64,000 nt of DNA from Candidatus Eiseniibacteriota bacterium (lineage in GTDB: Bacteria > Eisenbacteria > RBG-16-71-46), in NCBI GenBank assembly GCA_963725865.1, contig CAVSAC010000010.1, forward strand, positions 448,001 to 512,000. Direction: 5' to 3'. Of the stretch, positions 60,469 through 64,000 are shown piece by piece. Position numbers and translations under genes: made by a program. A model generated the notes under the pieces. That model searched no databases. It was not told the DNA's origin and saw only the letters and a list, made by a program, of their open reading frames with translations. Position 1 is the first letter of the stretch, and every line of letters begins with the position of its first letter.

Positions 60469-61148
60469 TGCGCCGTCGTGCCCCGATCCTCGCGTTGTGC
60501 CTGACCATCGGCTGGTCGACGTGCGTGGGATTCTCGGGTGGCTGCGATCTGTTCCGGCCGGCGACCGCCGAAGGCCCGCCGCCCTCCGCGGGATCCGGGA
60601 TCCATGTCGACCTGACCGACCCCGAGCTCACGCTGGCCACCATGTCGCGCGCGGTCGAGAAGCATGCCATCGGCCTCGAGACCTGGATGGACTGTCTCGC
60701 GGACCCGTCGCGCGACAACGGACTCTCGTTCGTCGCGACGCTCGATCCGGCGGCCGTCCTGCTCTACAACCGGGGCGATCCGAGTCCGTGGGGCCGCGAC
60801 CTGGAGCAGTTGTTCTACCCGCAGTTCATCAGCGTCTGGACCACCGGCGAAGACTCGCTCTACTGGTCGCCGATCGACAACCTGCCGGACCCGCAGTACC
60901 TGGGCGGCGACACCAAGGTGCTGATCCGGCACTACGAACTCTGGAACATCCTCCAACAGTCGGGAGAGGTGACCCGTCAGCTCTTCGCGATCGGCTACGC
61001 GCAGATCACGTTCCGGCAGGTCGCGCGCGGCTGGGTGCTGCTCAGCTGGGAGGATCACGTCGACCCCGACGTCACCGTCAGCCCGCCCGCCGACCAGCAG
61101 GAATTTCGCTGCTTCTCGTGGCGCCGGCTGGAGTATTCGGGACTGTGA
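60468..61148 (+). CDS. Putative lipoprotein (NTF2/SnoaL-like fold suspected)
   Basis: Lipobox-like SGGC-DLF; W.R..E and W.L..WED motifs; TGATG overlap. Confidence 0.7.
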   Translation: MRRRAPILALCLTIGWSTCVGFSGGCDLFRPATAEGPPPSAGSGIHVDLTDPELTLATMSRAVEKHAIGLETWMDCLADPSRDNGLSFVATLDPAAVLLYNRGDPSPWGRDLEQLFYPQFISVWTTGEDSLYWSPIDNLPDPQYLGGDTKVLIRHYELWNILQQSGEVTRQLFAIGYAQITFRQVARGWVLLSWEDHVDPDVTVSPPADQQEFRCFSWRRLEYSGL

Positions 61149-61165
61149 CCGCACTGGAGCGAACG

Positions 61166-61903
61166 ATGCGCAGGATCGGAGCGGGAATCGTGCTGGCCGC
61201 ACTCGTGGTGAGCCTCGGGGGATGCTTCAACCCGTTCTCGCCCCGGATCGCGACCGGGGTCGGGATCTCGGAGCCCAAGCCCGCGCCGCTCACGCCGGTC
61301 GGTGTGATCCAGCTCTTCCAGTGGTGCTACCGCAACCGCGCGCTGGCGGAGTACAAGGAGCTCTTCACCGACGACTACGTGTTCACCTTCTCGGCGCTCG
61401 ACCCCGAGGGCAACCCGTATCGCGAGCACCCCTACCGCCGCGAGGAGGAACTGGCGTCGGCCGAGCACCTGTTCGTCACCGGCAACGCCACCGAGGAGGC
61501 GGCCTCCAGCATCACGCTCGACTTCACCAACACGCTGGTCGCCGTGCCCGACACGCGGCCAGGCAAGCGCGACCGGTGGCATCGCCAGTTGAACGTCGGC
61601 GTCGTGCTGGTGGTGCGCCGGCCGTCGAGCCAGCTCGAGGTGAAGGGCGAGGCGCGGTTCTTCGTGGTGCGCGGGGATACCGCGATCATCCCGCCGGAGC
61701 TGGGCCTGCGGCGCGACTCCACGCGCTGGTACATCGAGGGCTGGGAGGACTACACGGTGCAGAATAGCCCGGGTGCGGCGCGCCTGCTGCCCGCGGGGGC
61801 CGTGACGCGGGCGCCCCGGGCGGTCCGCCCGGCGACGGTGACTTCCGATCCATTCGACGTCATCGACGTCACGTTCGGCGCGCTGAAGGCCCTGTACCGT
61901 TAG
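61166..61903 (+). CDS. Putative lipoprotein (NTF2/SnoaL-like) with TFGALKALYR tail
   Basis: Lipobox LGGC-FNPF; Y.ELFTDDY.F.F, R.EE and WYIEGWED motifs. Confidence 0.78.
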   Translation: MRRIGAGIVLAALVVSLGGCFNPFSPRIATGVGISEPKPAPLTPVGVIQLFQWCYRNRALAEYKELFTDDYVFTFSALDPEGNPYREHPYRREEELASAEHLFVTGNATEEAASSITLDFTNTLVAVPDTRPGKRDRWHRQLNVGVVLVVRRPSSQLEVKGEARFFVVRGDTAIIPPELGLRRDSTRWYIEGWEDYTVQNSPGAARLLPAGAVTRAPRAVRPATVTSDPFDVIDVTFGALKALYR

Positions 61904-61966
61904 GCGAGGCACGATCGCGCCAGCGCGGGGCGAACGCGTCGCGTCCCGCCTCCCGCCATGGACGCC

Positions 61967-62052
61967 GACGGCCCGCCGGGGGACTTCTCCGGCGGGCCGT
62001 CTCGTGAGCGGGCGCCGGACGACGACGGGGGCGCCCCGTGAAGGGCGCCCCC
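61967..62052. terminator. Two GC hairpins between convergent genes
   Basis: GACGGCCCGCCGG/CCGGCGGGCCGTC (61967-62001) and GGGGGCGCCC/GGGCGCCCCC (62027-62052). Confidence 0.55.
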
Positions 62053-62075
62053 GCGTGTACGGCTCGCGCGATCGA

Positions 62076-63383
62076 CTAGAACGAGTAGGTCGCGGTGATC
62101 TTCGGGAACAGCGGGAAGTCGCTGAAGCTGTTCGTCGGGAGGTAGCTGCCCGGGTTGTTGAAGAAGTCCTGGGCCAGCACGCCGTCGAACTGCAGCGTCC
62201 CGACCTTGATGCCAGCACCGGTGTTGAAGCTGAAGGTGCTGCTGTTCTCCTTGGTGTCGTTCGCCACGCGCGGCGTGTTGTTGTCCTCGAACTTGTTCGA
62301 GTAGAACATCGTCTTGCGCGCGCCGAAGCGGATCGTGAGCCACGGATTCACGTGGGTCTCGAGCGCCGCGAACACCGACGGCATCTGGGACTCGGTGTAC
62401 TTGAACTTGTTGGTCTTCTGGTCGTCCACGTTCGAGGCGAAGGTCACGCCCGCCACGAACAGGTCGTTCTGGTTGAGCGTCCAGTTGCCCGCGATACCAG
62501 CCGACCATGAACGCCACTGACGGTCGTTCGCCACACCCGCCGTCGTCGGATCGTACTTGTACGACAGGTCGTACGATGCGTACTTGAACACCGGCACGAC
62601 CAGCACGTTCGGCTCCCACTGCCACAGCATGCGAGCGCTGAACAGGTAAGCGCCGGCGCCGTCTTCGGTCTGCTTGGCGCCGCCGCCGAGCGGCGTGGTG
62701 AAGGTACGGCTCTGATACAGGAACGACAGCTCGGCGTGCGAATTCGGGTTGAGCTCGAAACCGATACCGCCGCCGAGCCCGAACTCGTTGCGCAGCGTGT
62801 TGCCGTTGCCTTCGGTCGTGGTCGTGTTGGTGCCGTCGTCCGACGTGAACTTGAAGTTCGCGCGGTTCAGCCGCAGGCCGACCGACGTGTTGCCGAACTT
62901 CTTGCCCCACATGACGTCGAACTGCTCGTAGCCGTAGAAGTTGTTCGGGTCGTAGCCGCCGTTATAGCCCGGGAAGGGCTGGCTGTAGCTGTCGCCCTGG
63001 CCCAGCTGGGGGGAGAACTCGCGCAGGTGGAACGAGATCGTCCCGTAGCGGCCGTCCCACAGGTTGCCGAGCACCGCGCCAACCGCACGGTCGTCGAGGC
63101 CGAAGTAGCCGTCCGACGGGTTGTACGTGTTGTCGAGCGGACCGGCCACGCGGTTCGGGGCCACCGGCTCGAGATAGAAGTCGCCCGTGTTGCCGAACTC
63201 GCCGTACACCAGATTGCCGACGGAGTTCACGCACGAGGTGAACGTGTAGATGTTCGTGTAGTCCTTGATGTAATCACCCTGGATGTTCATGCCCTCGACA
63301 CGCGAGGTCTGGGCGAACGCCAGGACCGGGAGTGCGAGCGCGATGAGGGCCAGGGACATGCTCTTCAGAAGACGAGACTGCAT
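62076..63383 (-). CDS. Outer-membrane beta-barrel protein, probably abundant and porin-like
   Basis: AAGGAGG RBS, signal peptide (AFA-Q), amphipathic strands, C-terminal ITATYSF beta-signal, strongly biased codons. Confidence 0.8.
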   Translation of the reverse strand: MQSRLLKSMSLALIALALPVLAFAQTSRVEGMNIQGDYIKDYTNIYTFTSCVNSVGNLVYGEFGNTGDFYLEPVAPNRVAGPLDNTYNPSDGYFGLDDRAVGAVLGNLWDGRYGTISFHLREFSPQLGQGDSYSQPFPGYNGGYDPNNFYGYEQFDVMWGKKFGNTSVGLRLNRANFKFTSDDGTNTTTTEGNGNTLRNEFGLGGGIGFELNPNSHAELSFLYQSRTFTTPLGGGAKQTEDGAGAYLFSARMLWQWEPNVLVVPVFKYASYDLSYKYDPTTAGVANDRQWRSWSAGIAGNWTLNQNDLFVAGVTFASNVDDQKTNKFKYTESQMPSVFAALETHVNPWLTIRFGARKTMFYSNKFEDNNTPRVANDTKENSSTFSFNTGAGIKVGTLQFDGVLAQDFFNNPGSYLPTNSFSDFPLFPKITATYSF

Positions 63384-63618
63384 ATCGGAAAGCCTCCTTG
63401 GCGAGAGAGAGCTTAGACGCCACGATGCAGATCAAGCCGGACTTCACGTGGCCAGTGCTACAACGCGGTCAGATTCCGAGCCCCACCTCCTTTCGCTGGA
63501 TTCGCAAGATTCTCGATGACAAACCAAAGGCTCCATCACTTCCCTGGGATGGAGCTCACGAGATAATGGCCAGGACAGAACCTCCTCCCGGGGAGGATCC
63601 TGGCGAACGCCCGGGTGC

Positions 63619-63648
63619 AAGGTAGGTAAGCCCCCAGAAGCTTGTCAA
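63619..63648 (-). promoter_or_regulatory. Strong sigma70-type promoter of the outer-membrane protein gene
   Basis: Minus strand TTGACA-N18-TACCTT. Confidence 0.6.
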
Positions 63649-63654
63649 GGCGTT

Positions 63655-64000
63655 TCACCCCTCCCGGGGCTGCCGACGCCCCCCCGCACGGGGCCGTCTG
63701 ATACCCACGCACTGGAGCGCCAGGTCCTTGTCGTACAACGGGTTGTCAGGATCCATCGAGGTGATTCGCACCCGCCCCTGGGCGTGCGCGAAGTAGCCCC
63801 CGCCGAGGGCCAGACCGACGTGCGCGGCGCGCTCGCCGGGCGGGGCGAAGAACAGCAGATCGCCCGCGGCCACCTGGGAGCCGTGCGGCAGCGCCCGCGT
63901 CGCTCGCTGCTGCTGATGCGCGTCGCGCGGCAGGTCGATGCCCTGCTCGGCCAGCACCTGCTGGACGAACCCGGAGCAGTCGAACGCCGCGCTGCTCCGG
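63655..64000 (-). CDS. NlpC/P60 (C40) peptidase, 3' part (truncated by window edge)
   Basis: FDCSGFVQQV...LPRDA.QQ...GDLLFF...HVGL...FAHA. Confidence 0.9.
   Translation of the reverse strand, partial: RSSAAFDCSGFVQQVLAEQGIDLPRDAHQQQRATRALPHGSQVAAGDLLFFAPPGERAAHVGLALGGGYFAHAQGRVRITSMDPDNPLYDKDLALQCVGIRRPRAGGRRQPREG

Overview
Very GC-rich, gene-dense chromosomal window from a diderm bacterium. An FCB-group lineage such as Candidatus Eisenbacteria is inferred from FlgD-type C-terminal domains, a PorV-like gene, a TWGxxKxLYR protein tail and a Fibrobacter-type LexA box. About 60 CDS were annotated by motif recognition only; no database searches were run. Housekeeping genes include thyX, a kynureninase-like gene, fdhD, fba/fbp, dinB, ccmABCDEF, nrnA, pdxST, iscS/mrp, rarA, cbiMQO, comF, aroE, lgt and mreBCD-mrdA-rodA. 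There is also an hcrCAB-like molybdoenzyme cluster with xdhC and mocA. Most notable are: (1) a translationally coupled operon at 36119-46555 joining a 1555-aa FlgD-tailed surface protein and a PorV-barrel/TPR fusion to a membrane HAMP-PP2C-HATPase, a STAS protein and a GAF histidine kinase, a candidate trans-envelope partner-switching system; (2) three different C-terminal sorting tags, one apparently uncharacterised; (3) a radical SAM enzyme paired with a metallophosphoesterase that lacks the metal-1-specific ligands; (4) an SOS box-controlled small ORF-dinB-DUF72 cassette. mreB carries three single-base insertions that look like consensus artefacts. No rRNA, tRNA, CRISPR array or transposase was recognised.
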